A stretch of 64,000 nt of DNA from Hormiphora californensis (lineage: Eukaryota; Animalia; Ctenophora), in assembly GCA_020137815.1 (NCBI GenBank), contig CM035352.1, positions 6,200,001 to 6,264,000 of the forward strand, read 5' to 3'. A program made the position numbers and the translations under genes. Numbering within the stretch: the first letter of the stretch is position 1; every line of letters starts with the position of its first letter. Positions 23,871 through 44,221 of the stretch are shown one piece after another. The notes beneath the pieces were generated by a model. The model searched no databases. It had not been told where the DNA came from and saw only the letters and a program-made list of their open reading frames with translations.

Positions 23871-24510
23871 AACCAGAGATCAGAGATCTTATTTGATGAA
23901 CCGATATTTTATGTAAATCTCAAACACGCTCTCTGATCTGCCGTTTTAATTAGTGATTTTAATTGTTCAAATCTCAAATACACCAATCGATTACACACAT
24001 TTACACACAACTACTTCCCGGTCCAACAGGACGCTGCGTAATAGGTCAAAGTTTTCAGCCACAGGATATGCTAGAAAAGATAAGAGAAATACTCTGTTTT
24101 TATGCCAAGTTTTAGGATATCCGATATATCTAATTTCAGAGGTTTCAACGTGACAAAAACAGCAGGAAAACGGTTACAAAAGAAAGAGGCGATTTACCAT
24201 TTTAGACAACACACACAGCGTACTCACAAATATAGGGCTCGTAAGAATAAGATATCTTACTATTGTTATCATTCTCACTATCTTTCAATCATTCCTGTAT
24301 CATTTCCCTCTCGGAGCTGGTTCATCTTTCAGCTTTCAAACCTGCTCTCAGTTCTCAACTACAATCCAAAAATAATCTGTCCCCAGCAATAAAATATAAC
24401 AAGAACAACACATTATATATTTAATACATATATATTTTACTTCCACAAGTTACTGGTGATAAACAAAAAATACACATGATACATTTGAAAATTAGTAGGC
24501 CGCGTGGTCC

Positions 24511-25203
24511 CTACTTTTTGGACTGCCCTCCCTCCATATCAACTGTCTTTTTCTGATCCCCAACATCCTCACCCTCTTCACCCCACAGCACAATTTGGTT
24601 GCTCTCCCTCAACTTCACGATAAAATACCTCAGGGTGCTGTACTGAAACGCCAGTATACTGATACCAAATATAATGAAGAGCAATTTAGTCCAAAAACTC
24701 CAATTTGTGTACACATTGTCCATGTTGATATTCGCCAGGAGATCGTTTATTGACCAAATCATAATGAATATAGCGACACCACACACCGCCATGAAACACG
24801 TGGCCCTTCTCTGCTCATTTGTAGATAGTTTGGGTAGACTCCACTCTCCGTAGGGTTTGGGTTTCAATTTAAACTCATACTGGCACAGCTCACAATGGTG
24901 CTTGTTGATGCAATCATACTCCTTCAACCACTTCAGGAGGCAACTCTGGTGGACATACTGGAGGCTCCCTGCACAGTAACAGGGCGATATGATCTTCTCT
25001 GATCCAGGCTCACTCCTGCAGATCCTGCACATCACATCTGGCATGGTAGAGGCAGTAGAATCTGTGTCCGATAGGAGGGTGAGATAATCAGGGAGGGTTG
25101 GCGGTGTGATTGTTATGGGTGATTGCAGTGTGATCTCGGTGGTGTGAGAGGGCCGCGGTGGGAGGTCCACTGGTAGCTCCACATAGGTTGCCATGGTTAC
25201 CAA
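24511..25203 (-). CDS. MARCH-family RING-CH E3 ubiquitin ligase (MARCHF1/8-like), intronless CDS
   Basis: CRIC..SPCYCAGSLQYVHQSCLLKW..CELC (C4HC3) followed by two hydrophobic TM segments. Confidence 0.9.
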   Translation of the reverse strand: MVTMATYVELPVDLPPRPSHTTEITLQSPITITPPTLPDYLTLLSDTDSTASTMPDVMCRICRSEPGSEKIISPCYCAGSLQYVHQSCLLKWLKEYDCINKHHCELCQYEFKLKPKPYGEWSLPKLSTNEQRRATCFMAVCGVAIFIMIWSINDLLANINMDNVYTNWSFWTKLLFIIFGISILAFQYSTLRYFIVKLRESNQIVLWGEEGEDVGDQKKTVDMEGGQSKK

Positions 25204-25649
25204 CTCTCTCTCTCTCTCTCTCGTTACCCTGGCTTCATGCTATACAAAAGAGGTGGTTAGCTGAGTGAATGGGAGAGGGTAGTTAGGAAAGGGAGAGAGT
25301 TATTTAGAAAGGAGTGTGCGTGGGGGATAAATGGAGGGGGGGGGGTCTTACAGGGGAATATAAAATGGTTGAATTTAATCAGACCAGTTCCAGGAGAAAC
25401 AAAACGGAAGAGAGGGAGAGAGATAAAAAAAAGCCGCCGGTATTTATATTAGTAAATTTTACTTAGTAGATGGCCGATGGGAGACTTGATGCAATGAACG
25501 AATATGAGAAGGAGACAAGGTCATCAAAAATATGCAATTATGTGTGAGATAAGGAGGGGGATGGAAAAAATCAAAGACCACAGATAGAAAGAGAGGAAGA
25601 GGGAGACAGAGAGAAGAGATAAATATGAAGGATAAAATAAAAATGGCAT

Positions 25650-25757
<108 letters not shown>

Positions 25758-26417
25758 ATAGTAATTGGTCTGTAAACGGTTTATAGTTGCGATCTTTTAT
25801 TAAATATTAAATAACAAAGTCACACACGCACAGTATTACACTCACAAAAAAAATCACGCGTGGTCTAGTAAAGGCCATTAAATCAGTAGAGGCAAATCAA
25901 GGGCCGCTCTCTCCTAGTTAAAGTAACATTCTTATTGTAATAGCAGCGGCCACATTTTGCCTGACTGATGAATTAATGGCCCCTACTATTCGTTCAAATA
26001 TTTGTATAATTTACATAACGGATTTTAAACATCATAAACTGTCAAAAAGAGAACAATATTCGAGTAGTACTATCAAAGAAATGGCACTGACACAAAGAGA
26101 GGCACAAAGAGAGGCACAAACGGCCTGCTTTTCGAAAAGATTGTAACGGATAAAGAGAGAATAGAGGGATGGAGAGAAAAGGATGGAGAGAAAAGGATGG
26201 AGAGAAAAGGATGGAGAGAAAAGGATGGCAATCTGCGGGAGACTATATTAACTTTATAATACCATGCTCCTTTCCATGATCTTCAGCGTGGGGGGACAAC
26301 CAGCTTTAGACCATTAGACCATATAAAGGGAACACATATTAATACTAGAGGTTCCCGTTTAACTACTATACAGACTTTCTACCTCTTTCTCTATCTTCTA
26401 ACTTTTCTAGAATTGGT

Positions 26418-26563
<146 letters not shown>

Positions 26564-26596
26564 TTCTCCCCCTCTCTCTCTCACTCTCTCTCTCTC

Positions 26597-27682
26597 GGTC
26601 CACTACACGCACCACTCCCACATGGGACCGTAAGGTCCCATGTGGGAACAGGGTTAAATCCCCCGAGCCCGGATCCTGTTGGATCTGAGGGCCCGGAGGG
26701 CCTGCGGAGTAAAGGTAGGTAGAACAATGTACAAAGGGGTAGGTTGAACAATGTACATATTGGTTAAGGTAAGGAAAAATAAAATAGGGGAAGTAAAGCT
26801 CATGGTGGCGGAGCAAAAGACCTCCTAAACTATCTGGAAAGAAGCTCAGCCTGCTGGAACGGAATCTAAGAAGAGTCAACCTATCGGGAACAAAGCGTCT
26901 GGAACAAAACGTCTGGAACGGGATCTAAGGCAGTCTAAGAGCAAGCAGGAACGGGTGAAACGGTAAAAAACTAATACAAATATACATCTAGTGGGGTTAC
27001 AGGAGGCTGATTACATATCGAGGAACTTCCGGAGCGTGTTCATCGAGTTGAAGAGGGCTGACTTTTGGAGCTGTGAGGGGTATAATTGGCGGGTTATAGC
27101 CATCAGGTACTTCTCCAGTCGGGGGCTAACTCCGCCAAGGGCTCCAATCACGATGGGAATGACCGTGGCCTTTTTAAGTTCCCAGATTCGTGTGACCTCT
27201 CTCCTCAGTTCTTGGTACTTCTCGATCTTTTCCAGCTCTCTGTCAGAGACTAATCGGTCCTTTGGAACGGCGACATCGATGAGTAGTGCCTCCCTCTTTT
27301 GCTTGTCGAGGAGGACCAGGTCGGGTTTGCACGCCTCAATGGGGTTGTCCGTCTGGATGTGGAAATCCCAGAGGATCTTGTAATTCTCATTCTCGAGCAC
27401 TTTCTCTGCATAGTGGCTCCACCACTTTGATTCAGCAGGAAATCCATAGTCCTTGCACATTCCCCAGTGTAGGGCAGCAGCTACTCGGTCGTGTCTGTGC
27501 TTATAGTCACCGTTGGCCAGCTTCTGACATCCGTTTAGGATGTGTTCGACTGACTCGTTATGCTGGTTGCATATGCGACACTTCTCGGACTCTCCAGGTT
27601 GTTTCTCGATAGCAGCTGTCAGCCAGTTTGTGCGAGTGGCTTGCTCCTGGGCAGCAAATACATCAGCTTCGGTGTATCTGCT
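26597..27682 (-). mobile_element. 5'-truncated R4-clade (Dong/Rex6-like) non-LTR retrotransposon with restriction-like endonuclease
   Basis: Open frame FAAQEQA..CRIC..ESVEHILNGC..RHDRVA..ILWDF..KPDLV..IDVAVP..EKIEKYQEL..IGALG ending at 27011, then a 3' UTR. Flanked on both sides by (GA)n. Confidence 0.85.
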
Positions 27683-28175
27683 ATCTCTCTCTCTCTCTCT
27701 CGCACTCTCTCTCTCTCAGCTCTCTCTCACTGTCTTCGTTTCATGTTTTCTCTTTTTACCTCTCTTTTTACCTCTAGCGGCCAATAATCTATGGGCAATG
27801 GGCCACTTCGCAACCATAACAGTATACATCAACTTCTACAACATCATAATTTACTCTTAAAGTTTACTAATTATACAATTCATAGTCTGGTCTACAGTAT
27901 TATACTCTCTCTATATGGTACAGATATATTTAATTTCATAAAAAACATACATGCATTTTGATATATAAAGCTGGCTATCTCATTTTATACACACACACAA
28001 TAACTGGTCAAGAATAATAGAGAACGGACGTATACACATTGCGACTAATGCAAATGAGTTCTCTCTCTTGCTTTCTTACTCTCTCCCTCTCCCTCTCACA
28101 CACTCTCTCTCTCTCTCACTCAATTCTTTCTCAGCTCACAAGCAACCGATGGGGATTCATCGAACAGAGACCAGT

Positions 28176-28237
<62 letters not shown>

Positions 28238-28526
28238 GAGAGAGAGAGAGAGAGTGAGTTTTCCACGCATGCATAATCTCACATGGCTAACGCACGCTTT
28301 TAGTCTTCCTGACATGCAGCAAATGGTGGATAAAGAACTCACTTCCCACCTTCATTACTACTAGACACCTCTCCTATCAATTCATCGACTCATTATATAT
28401 TACCGGCCTCCCTTATATGGGCATGTATTCAATATTCAGTCCCCACAGTCCCCACACAGATCATACTACATGGTGGCCTACAGTCCCCACACTCCACAGT
28501 CCCCACAGATCATATTGGTACTGATA

Positions 28527-36397
<7,871 letters not shown>

Positions 36398-36604
36398 TGT
36401 GAGCTAAATAAGGAGAGAGGTTGAATTAGGTGGGTATAAAGATGGTAAGGCATACCCTGGGTTACTCGATAAGTACAAGCAACAACGCTGTAGTAATTTC
36501 AAATGCCCTCATACCATTTCCTCGTTTTACACACAGACAAAATCTCTCGCTCTTTCTCTCGCTCTCTCCCATCTCTCGCTCTCTCCCATCTCTCTCTCTC
36601 TCTC

Positions 36605-36735
<131 letters not shown>

Positions 36736-37030
36736 ATCTTCTCTGGGCAAGCTATGATTACTGATCTCAGAGAATGAGATTCAAGACGAACATTATCCCA
36801 TTTAGCAGCATACATCTAATATAACTAACCACGGTTTATAGTTATTGAATTTTGGTATGAACAAATCTCTTGAGGTAAACCTACTGAAATTTGTCTGCGT
36901 TGGCAAAATGAAGTTGCAACTACTATATAGAAAGGAATCAATAAATGCCACTCGAGACAAAATATCGACAAATGATAATATATGTAGAGATAAAGAGGGC
37001 AGGGGAGAGAGGGGAATGGATGAAGATTCA

Positions 37031-37151
<121 letters not shown>

Positions 37152-37716
37152 TATAAAGATAATCAGTCTGATGATAGAGATAGAATCGCAACCACTGCTT
37201 ACACCGATTAGCTGCTGCAGTACACTCAGCTAGATCAGAGTCTAGACAACTTAGCCAGCTCGCTGTCAGGGCAATAAATCACAGAGTGACTAAGAGTTTA
37301 TAGACTCTCGTTTTCATACTATAGCAATCAGCAATGCTAGGTGACAAGCCCTTATAGTAGCCGAAAAGAGAGATAATTACTTTAAAAAGGGAGGGTAAAT
37401 CTGATGGGTTTGATCAGTAGTTAGGGGAGCTTACTACTGAGTGTGTGTAATTTATGTGGTTGTATTATACACGCACGCGTTTAGCAACCAAACGTTGTAC
37501 AAGCTTCCTAGAGCAAACCTCAACAGAGAGAGAGAGGGAGATAGAAAGAGAGAGAGTGAGAGAGAGAGTGAGAGAGAGCGAGAGAGAGAGAGAGTGAGAG
37601 AGAGAGAGAGAGGGAGATAGAAAGAGAGTGAGAGAGAGCGAGAGAGAGAGAGAGAGAGTGAGAGTGAGAGAGAACGAGATAGAAAGAGAGAGGGAGATAG
37701 AAAGAGAGAGTGAGAT

Positions 37717-37785
<69 letters not shown>

Positions 37786-37850
37786 GAGTGTGAGAGAGAG
37801 AGAGAGTGCGAGTATATAACTGTTCAGAAAACACAGTGCACCGAAGAAGC

Positions 37851-38516
37851 TTACAAATACTCGGTCACGTGACTATGCTCTACAGATCTTTTCATGATTG
37901 TTACTCGTCGACCCCTCAAAACATCACTACCACCCACACTCGCAACATTCGGAAGTATCTCATGAGTGTATTTGTAACGTATTTCCTCCTTCATAATATA
38001 AAGCGACCTTCGAGGGAGTAATACGTCCGCAAAGTTATCGGCGTCTAGGGCGAATCTCATCACGGCATCAGAGAGAAGGGATACCCCACTAACGAGGGAG
38101 CCACAAAACTTGATGCTGTCAATATGGGGCTTTATATGACCCTCTGGAGAGAGATCTAATACGTGTGTTGTCTCTTGGCATTGTAAGGGGTCTCCAAAGA
38201 CATCTTCAACTATCCGATCAATTGTTAGCTGATTCTCATGATTATCCCATCCTTGTTTTTCCATCTCCCGAAATAGAACGATCGCAGCATCCCAATGCCC
38301 TTTGACGTATTTTCTTCGTAATAGTCGGGGATTTATCTCTCTCAATATGGATTCTTCCTCTTCTTGTGTTACAAAATCTGGTCGTAACACCAATCCTTTT
38401 TTAATATGCGTCTCAACAAGTGGTGTAGATGCATAATACGTCAGAGTTTTAACGACGTTTAAGCTTCCACTTCTCAAAAGACGTCTTTTCCCGGTTTTTA
38501 GGATGCCATTTAGCAT
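37851..38516 (-). CDS. ALKBH7: AlkB homolog 7, 2OG-Fe(II) dioxygenase, intronless
   Basis: DFVTQEEE, HWDAAIVLFRE, HVLDL..GHIKPHIDSIKFCG..GVSLLSDAVMRF, LPRRSLYIM..RYKYTHEIL, RGRRVTI. Confidence 0.92.
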   Translation of the reverse strand: MLNGILKTGKRRLLRSGSLNVVKTLTYYASTPLVETHIKKGLVLRPDFVTQEEEESILREINPRLLRRKYVKGHWDAAIVLFREMEKQGWDNHENQLTIDRIVEDVFGDPLQCQETTHVLDLSPEGHIKPHIDSIKFCGSLVSGVSLLSDAVMRFALDADNFADVLLPRRSLYIMKEEIRYKYTHEILPNVASVGGSDVLRGRRVTIMKRSVEHSHVTEYL

Positions 38517-39547
38517 TTTCTGCGAAGTTAGGAAAACGTTAAACGTTATTATAGTGGTCTGATTGTAAAGGTGCAAAATTGGTCAAAAGTATTGACTTAA
38601 AATCCATGGAGCCTACAAACTAAAGTTTAGTTTGTTAGTTACTAAACTTCACAAACACAGAAGCTTAGCTTTGCTCGTAAAAATGTGCCTTTAATTTTTG
38701 TAAAAAATAGTCGATTTTCACGTTCGAAAAGGGTTCGGGGTACCTGTGGTATGTTATTGGTCAGGGCTATGCTTGGATTTAAGGACTATCTATCATTTAG
38801 TTTACTCAAATTGGCCATGTAGTTGTTCAATAACTACAGATCCCGTCAAGTATACTCGTTAAGGAGGCGTCAGTCGATCCAGTAAGTATTGAGTCCATAA
38901 CCAACACAGTCAAACTACACCCCTGCATAACCCTTCTGTAAGTTGTTAGTACAAAGTGCCGTATGGGGTAATAGAAATCCCCCCCCCCCAGTCTACCACA
39001 GTTCCAGATATCGCGGAGAGCTAAAATTTGGTGCAGCAACTCTATGAGACAAATAAATAACTTAACCAAAATTTCAGACCTCTAGCTCAAAGGTAGTTAG
39101 GTAGCCAACAGTTTCAAAACACCTTTTAAGACATTTTGGAGACATTGTACAGCTTACTTCATGAAACTTAATGATTTTACGCCAGAATTCAGTCATTTTT
39201 TAACCAATTTCGAAGATCTTGAGCTCATTAGAAAGTGTACGTCGATTTATTTCATAGAAGTAGGCTGTGGCAAACCTAGGCGGTGTCCAGTGTCTCCAGG
39301 AAACACTTTTTGTTGTGAGAAAAGGGAGAAAATTATAATTTTGGTCAAAAAATTGGAAATCTTGGCGATTCCTGACAAAAAACATATCGAAAAAAATTTC
39401 ACGGCGCGGCTTAAGAACTTCTGTCTTGACAAAATTCGCGCGTTACATCAACTGCGACGTATGTTTTTGTGCGCGTGATGATATTTTTTCCTAATTCGAA
39501 AAATTCAAAAATGCGACATAAAGTCCTTTTTTTTCGACGGGCTGAGC

Positions 39548-39771
39548 TAAAGTCGGATTTTTTGAAACTGTCACCCCCCTGAGTTTTCAAATTTCTTTAA
39601 ATGACCATAAGTCCGGTTCCTGATGAGATAGAGACTTGAAATTTGGAGGTAATAAAGATCTTGCTAAGTTCTTCCGAACCTCCAAATTTCAAGTCTCTAT
39701 CTTATCAGGAACTGGAGATATGACAAATTTGTTATTTCAGGGGGGTGACAGTTTCAAAAAATCCGACTTTA
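39548..39771. mobile_element. Palindromic MITE, copy of 23171-23396
   Basis: Near-identical sequence and TIRs. Confidence 0.8.
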
Positions 39772-40064
39772 GGGATCCCTAAAAAAGTTCAGTATTTACA
39801 CAGAGTTTACACAGTCTTTACTCAGTCGTTACACCCAGAGCGGCGCGTGCTGCGCACAGTGGCTTTTTCCAAGAAAATATTGGATTGTGTGCTGCACAAT
39901 TGACAAAATTGAGCGCTGCGGCGAAAAAAGTTTCCGAAAACGCTGCAAATCGAGTGCGAAAGACGCAGTCGTTACACCCAGAGCGGCGCGGGCGCTCTGG
40001 GTGTAACGACTGAGTAAAGACTGTGTAAACTCTGTGTAAATACTGAACTTTTTTAGGGATCCCT
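39771..40064. mobile_element. MITE with ~70-bp near-perfect TIRs
   Basis: AGGGATCCCTAAAAAAGTTCAGTATTTACACAGAGTTTACACAGTCTTTACTCAGTCGTTACACCCAGAGCG and its reverse complement ending at 40064. Confidence 0.85.
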
Positions 40065-40149
40065 CTTGAACTTGGAATGCGCTGCAGGCTGCAGCCTGCA
40101 GCCCCCCCTCATGCGCACACCCCGGCAACGAGGGGCCTGCAGCGTATGC

Positions 40150-40410
40150 CAAAGCTTGAACTGAAAGCGATCGTGTCTGAGGCAGATGATCGTCTGAAAC
40201 GGGCACTGGAGCTTAACTCTGAACAGGGAATCCCTGTCAGGGATCTTCAAGCTGGTTATCAGCCAGACCACTCAATCACCTTGATCATGAGTTAAACTAG
40301 AGGGAATTTGTTGATGCTATTCGTCTGAGATACGGCTTTCATTTCTCGGATCTTCTAAATGTGGATGTGTGGCTGACAATAACGCAGACCATGCCCTAAT
40401 TGTAAAAGGC
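40150..40410 (+). pseudogene. Degenerate CRE-clade-like non-LTR retrotransposon fragment
   Basis: Frameshifted translation LKRALELNSEQG..SSWLSARPL..LN*REFVDAIRLRYG..KCGC..ADHAL resembles the region preceding the CRE-type zinc finger. Confidence 0.5.
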
Positions 40411-40478
40411 TGCCTACTACAATCAAACGGCAGATACTGGGACAAGGAGTAGTCTATGTTGGTTATATAGCGTGTAGG

Positions 40479-43400
40479 GTGGTGGATCGTGTGCGGGTTA
40501 CTCAGTGTTATAATTGTCAGGACTTCCACCACACGCAAGATGTGTGTAACAGACGTCCAGTGTGTACCCACTGTTCTCAAGAACATTCTTCTAAAGACTG
40601 TATGGCAAAATCTAACGAAAGTTTCATTCCTAAATGTAATAACTGTTCTGTTGCGAAAAAGTCAGATGTTGCCCATGCTGCAAACAGTCGAGATTGTCCC
40701 TTGTATCTGTCTAAGTTCAATGAAGCTCGTTCAAAAAACCAGTAGGGTTAAAACTGGCCACTGTTAACTGTTTCTCGTTGCGTAACAAGTTGTTAGATGT
40801 TTTATTGAGTATTTCTGACAGTGATATTGATGCAGTGTGTTTAAGCGAGACGTGGTTACACTTAGATGAGAGTGCTATTGAGAGAGAGACTAGAGAGCAT
40901 GGCTACAAGTTGGTCAGCAGGCCGCGTGGCTCTAGAGGAGGTGGTGTCGCCATCCTCATGAGGAAATCCTTCCACCATGTTCAGGTAAAGCACTCATTTT
41001 CATCATTCGAGTGTGTGGAAACTCTCATCACTCAAAAGAGTTCCAATCCTACAGCTCAGGGACCCAGGTTCCAACCCCTCCGTCTTCTTGGCATCTATCG
41101 CCCTCCATCCAGCCCTATTTCTACCTTCTTCGATGAATTCGAATCGTTGCTCCATGACCTTTCGGAACGGCCTGGAGAGGTGGTTATTTCAGGTGATTTC
41201 AACATACATGTGCAAGATACCAGTTCCGGATCAACTAAAACCTTTCTCGGGCTTCTCGATGACCATCATTTTCGTCAATTTGTTTCGGAACCTACGCATA
41301 TAGCGGGTGGTACACTGGATTTGGTCCTTGCCAAGACCTTACCTGGTACTTCTCCTATCTCCAATATACATGTGGATATGATTCCTGCTGTACCTGATCA
41401 TGCCCTGGTGTCATTCACCCTAGAAAATGGAGTTACAGTCCAACGGAAGAAGTTTGTCTCGGTTAAGAAAAGAGACATGAAATCACTGGATATTGACCAG
41501 CTAATATTCTCAATCCTACAGTCCCCGCTCTGTGACATAGAAAACTTTCCCTCGGAGGTGGAGGAACTTATTGAACTGTATGATGAGATGTTGGCTGAGT
41601 TTCTCGATGAACTCGCCCCGGTCACTGAGATGATTGTCCCCGAAGATCCAGGCCCCAAGTGGTATAACACTGATTGTCAAGCTGCTAAACGTCGTAGGAG
41701 GAAAGCTGAACGACAGTATCTGGCCACGCTGTTGAAATCTGTGTGTCCTGAAAAACTGTGGGACAGTCTCCGAACTAAACGTGACGAGGCTAAAGCAGCA
41801 ACCAAGTTTATCGTTGGAGTTAGGAGTGGATATTATCGGGAGAAGCTTGATGAAGCCGATGGTGATATGCAGAAGTCTTACAGAATCATGAATGGTCTGC
41901 TGGGAAAGGATGGAAATTCATCAGTACTTCCTGAATACACGGATCTTGACGAACTATGCCAGAGATTCATTGAATTCTTCCAAGAAAAAATCAACAAGAT
42001 CTACACAGAAATTGAAGCAATGCGTACTGACACCGAGGAAGTTTCTGGTCTTGAGGATGAAAATAGCCTGCCTAAGTTTGACTCTTTCAGACCTGTAACC
42101 AGTGATGAGCTGGTGAAGATCATTCGTTCAATGAATTATAAAATCTGTGACCTCGATCCCATTCCTTCTAAGCTCGTTGGAACCTGTATACACGAGCTGA
42201 TCCCCATCATTAAAGCAATTGTCAACGGTAGTCTGGTCAACGGAGTATTTCCTTCTGTCCTCAAGAAAGCAGTTATCCGGCCGGTGTACAAGGGGAAAGG
42301 GTTGGACAGCAACGATGTTGGAAGCTACAGGCCTATATCTAACCTCAGCTTCATCTCTAAAATCATCGAAAAGTGCGTTTCTTTACAATTGACAGAACAC
42401 CTGGAAGAACACGAGCTGTTTGCTACAGTGCAGTCTGCCTACAGAAAAAAACACTCATGTGAAATGGCTACCCTGAAGATCTTTAATGATCTACTCGTGA
42501 TGACTGACAAGAAAAGTAAGGCAGTACTCCTTCTACTCGATCTCTCTGCTGCCTTTGATACTGTTCCTCATACAATCCTTCTTCGTCGCCTGCAGCACAT
42601 GTATGGTGTCAGTGGAACAGCTCTCAAATGGTTCTCTTCTTATCTCGAAGGAAGGAAAGCTGTTGTCAAAATAGGTGATTCACAGTCTGCTGAAGTAAGT
42701 GTATACATTGGAGTGCCCCAGGGATCCATCTTGGGGCCCCTTATGTTTATTCTGTTCACGAAAGACCTCGAGAAAATTGCGGCCAAACATGGGATGAGGA
42801 TTCACCTTTACGCAGACGACTCGCAGCTATATGTGAAGTTTACCAACAACAACTGGACACAAAATGAAGATCAGCTTCGACAATGTTTCTCAGAAATCGA
42901 GCAATGGATGGCATCGAGTTATTTGAAACTCAACCCCTCCAAAACAGAACTACTGTTTATATCATCGCGGACTGACAAAACTACAAATCCCATCGCTCAT
43001 GATGAGTCTTTCTCTCTGCGTAGATCTGATCAACCGGCAACGTACATCAGTCCCTCGGAACAGGCAAGGAATCTAGGAGTTATATTTGATGAAAGGCTCA
43101 CCATGAAAGCCCATATCTCCAAGGTAGTCAGGGACTGCAACATGACCTTACACAACCTGAGGCGCATCGGCGACAAACTGTCAAAGAAAAACAAAGTCCA
43201 GCTGGTTCACTCCCTTATTCACTCTCGCATAGACTACTGCAATGGCCTACTGATTGGAGCTGATAAGAGTGACATCACCCGCCTTCAAAAAGTGCAGAAT
43301 GCAGCGACAAGATTCATCTTTGGAAGGTGGCAATGGAGAGGAGTAACAGAACTGAGAAAGCAGCTGCACTTTCTTCCTGTCACAGCGAGAATTGACTACA

Positions 43401-44143
43401 AGATCTGTCTTATGGTTTTCAAGTGCATCAACAATCTAGCACCACCCTACCTACAGAGTCTAATACAAAGGCGGCAACTAAAGTGCAAATCACTGAGACA
43501 TGATGATGATCCAACACTTCTCCAAAAAGACTTCTCCACTAAGTATAAGACTTCTCAGCGTGCTTTCCAGGTAGCAGGACCGAGACTGTGGAATGTCCTG
43601 CCTCAAACAATTCGAAGCTGCACAGATGAGTCACTCTTCAAATCGAAGCTGAAGACGCACCTCTTTGACAAGTCATACGGTCCTGCTGGCTGATTTGTGG
43701 CTTTGTTAGTAGAGATCTGTCTAGTCATTGTCTGTCTTGTTTTACGTGTCTTGTTCTGTTCTGAGTTCCGAGTCTAGCCCCTTTTTATACTGAGTGCAGT
43801 GATTTTTTAACATATATTTTTAACCAAGTAATCGTATAGCTTATCTACACCGTTATCTACTGTATTAACTATTAATCATTAATCTACTCTTTTTTATGAT
43901 TGGAATTCTAAATTCTTCTTTTAATTATATCTATTTTAATTAACTTATTCATACAGTCCCTCAGTGTGTACCCACTTTTATCTATCTACTGTTTCTGTAT
44001 GGACTGCCGCATAAGAAGGCTGGCTTAAGAGCTCTGGCGTTTTAATTATGAGTTTTTTCTCTCTGTTTTTTGCGTTTATCTCTTAGCTATATTGAGTCAA
44101 TTTGCGGGGTATCAAATGTAACAATTGAATTGAATTGAATTGA
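40479..44143 (+). mobile_element. L2/CR1-group LINE, 5'-truncated within ORF1, open ORF2, (ATTGA)n tail
   Basis: ORF1 remnant with three CCHC-type knuckles (QCYNCQDFHH..C), then ORF2 with APE and RT, a 3' UTR and an ATTGA repeat tail at ~44124-44143. Confidence 0.92.
40724..43693 (+). CDS. LINE ORF2: APE endonuclease plus reverse transcriptase
   Basis: LSETWL, RGGGVA, IYRPP, GDFNIH, GGTLDLV, PDHALV, YRPISNL, QSAYRKKHS, LLDLSAAFDTV, GVPQGSILGP, YADDSQLY, LKLNPSKTE. No ATG before the endonuclease motifs. Confidence 0.93.
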   Translation, partial: SSFKKPVGLKLATVNCFSLRNKLLDVLLSISDSDIDAVCLSETWLHLDESAIERETREHGYKLVSRPRGSRGGGVAILMRKSFHHVQVKHSFSSFECVETLITQKSSNPTAQGPRFQPLRLLGIYRPPSSPISTFFDEFESLLHDLSERPGEVVISGDFNIHVQDTSSGSTKTFLGLLDDHHFRQFVSEPTHIAGGTLDLVLAKTLPGTSPISNIHVDMIPAVPDHALVSFTLENGVTVQRKKFVSVKKRDMKSLDIDQLIFSILQSPLCDIENFPSEVEELIELYDEMLAEFLDELAPVTEMIVPEDPGPKWYNTDCQAAKRRRRKAERQYLATLLKSVCPEKLWDSLRTKRDEAKAATKFIVGVRSGYYREKLDEADGDMQKSYRIMNGLLGKDGNSSVLPEYTDLDELCQRFIEFFQEKINKIYTEIEAMRTDTEEVSGLEDENSLPKFDSFRPVTSDELVKIIRSMNYKICDLDPIPSKLVGTCIHELIPIIKAIVNGSLVNGVFPSVLKKAVIRPVYKGKGLDSNDVGSYRPISNLSFISKIIEKCVSLQLTEHLEEHELFATVQSAYRKKHSCEMATLKIFNDLLVMTDKKSKAVLLLLDLSAAFDTVPHTILLRRLQHMYGVSGTALKWFSSYLEGRKAVVKIGDSQSAEVSVYIGVPQGSILGPLMFILFTKDLEKIAAKHGMRIHLYADDSQLYVKFTNNNWTQNEDQLRQCFSEIEQWMASSYLKLNPSKTELLFISSRTDKTTNPIAHDESFSLRRSDQPATYISPSEQARNLGVIFDERLTMKAHISKVVRDCNMTLHNLRRIGDKLSKKNKVQLVHSLIHSRIDYCNGLLIGADKSDITRLQKVQNAATRFIFGRWQWRGVTELRKQLHFLPVTARIDYKICLMVFKCINNLAPPYLQSLIQRRQLKCKSLRHDDDPTLLQKDFSTKYKTSQRAFQVAGPRLWNVLPQTIRSCTDESLFKSKLKTHLFDKSYGPAG

Positions 44144-44221
44144 AAAGTCCGTGAATCCCCAATCTACGTTTATTAAGAATTACAAAATGCATGTCATAGT
44201 ATTAGTATAACAAAATACCTG

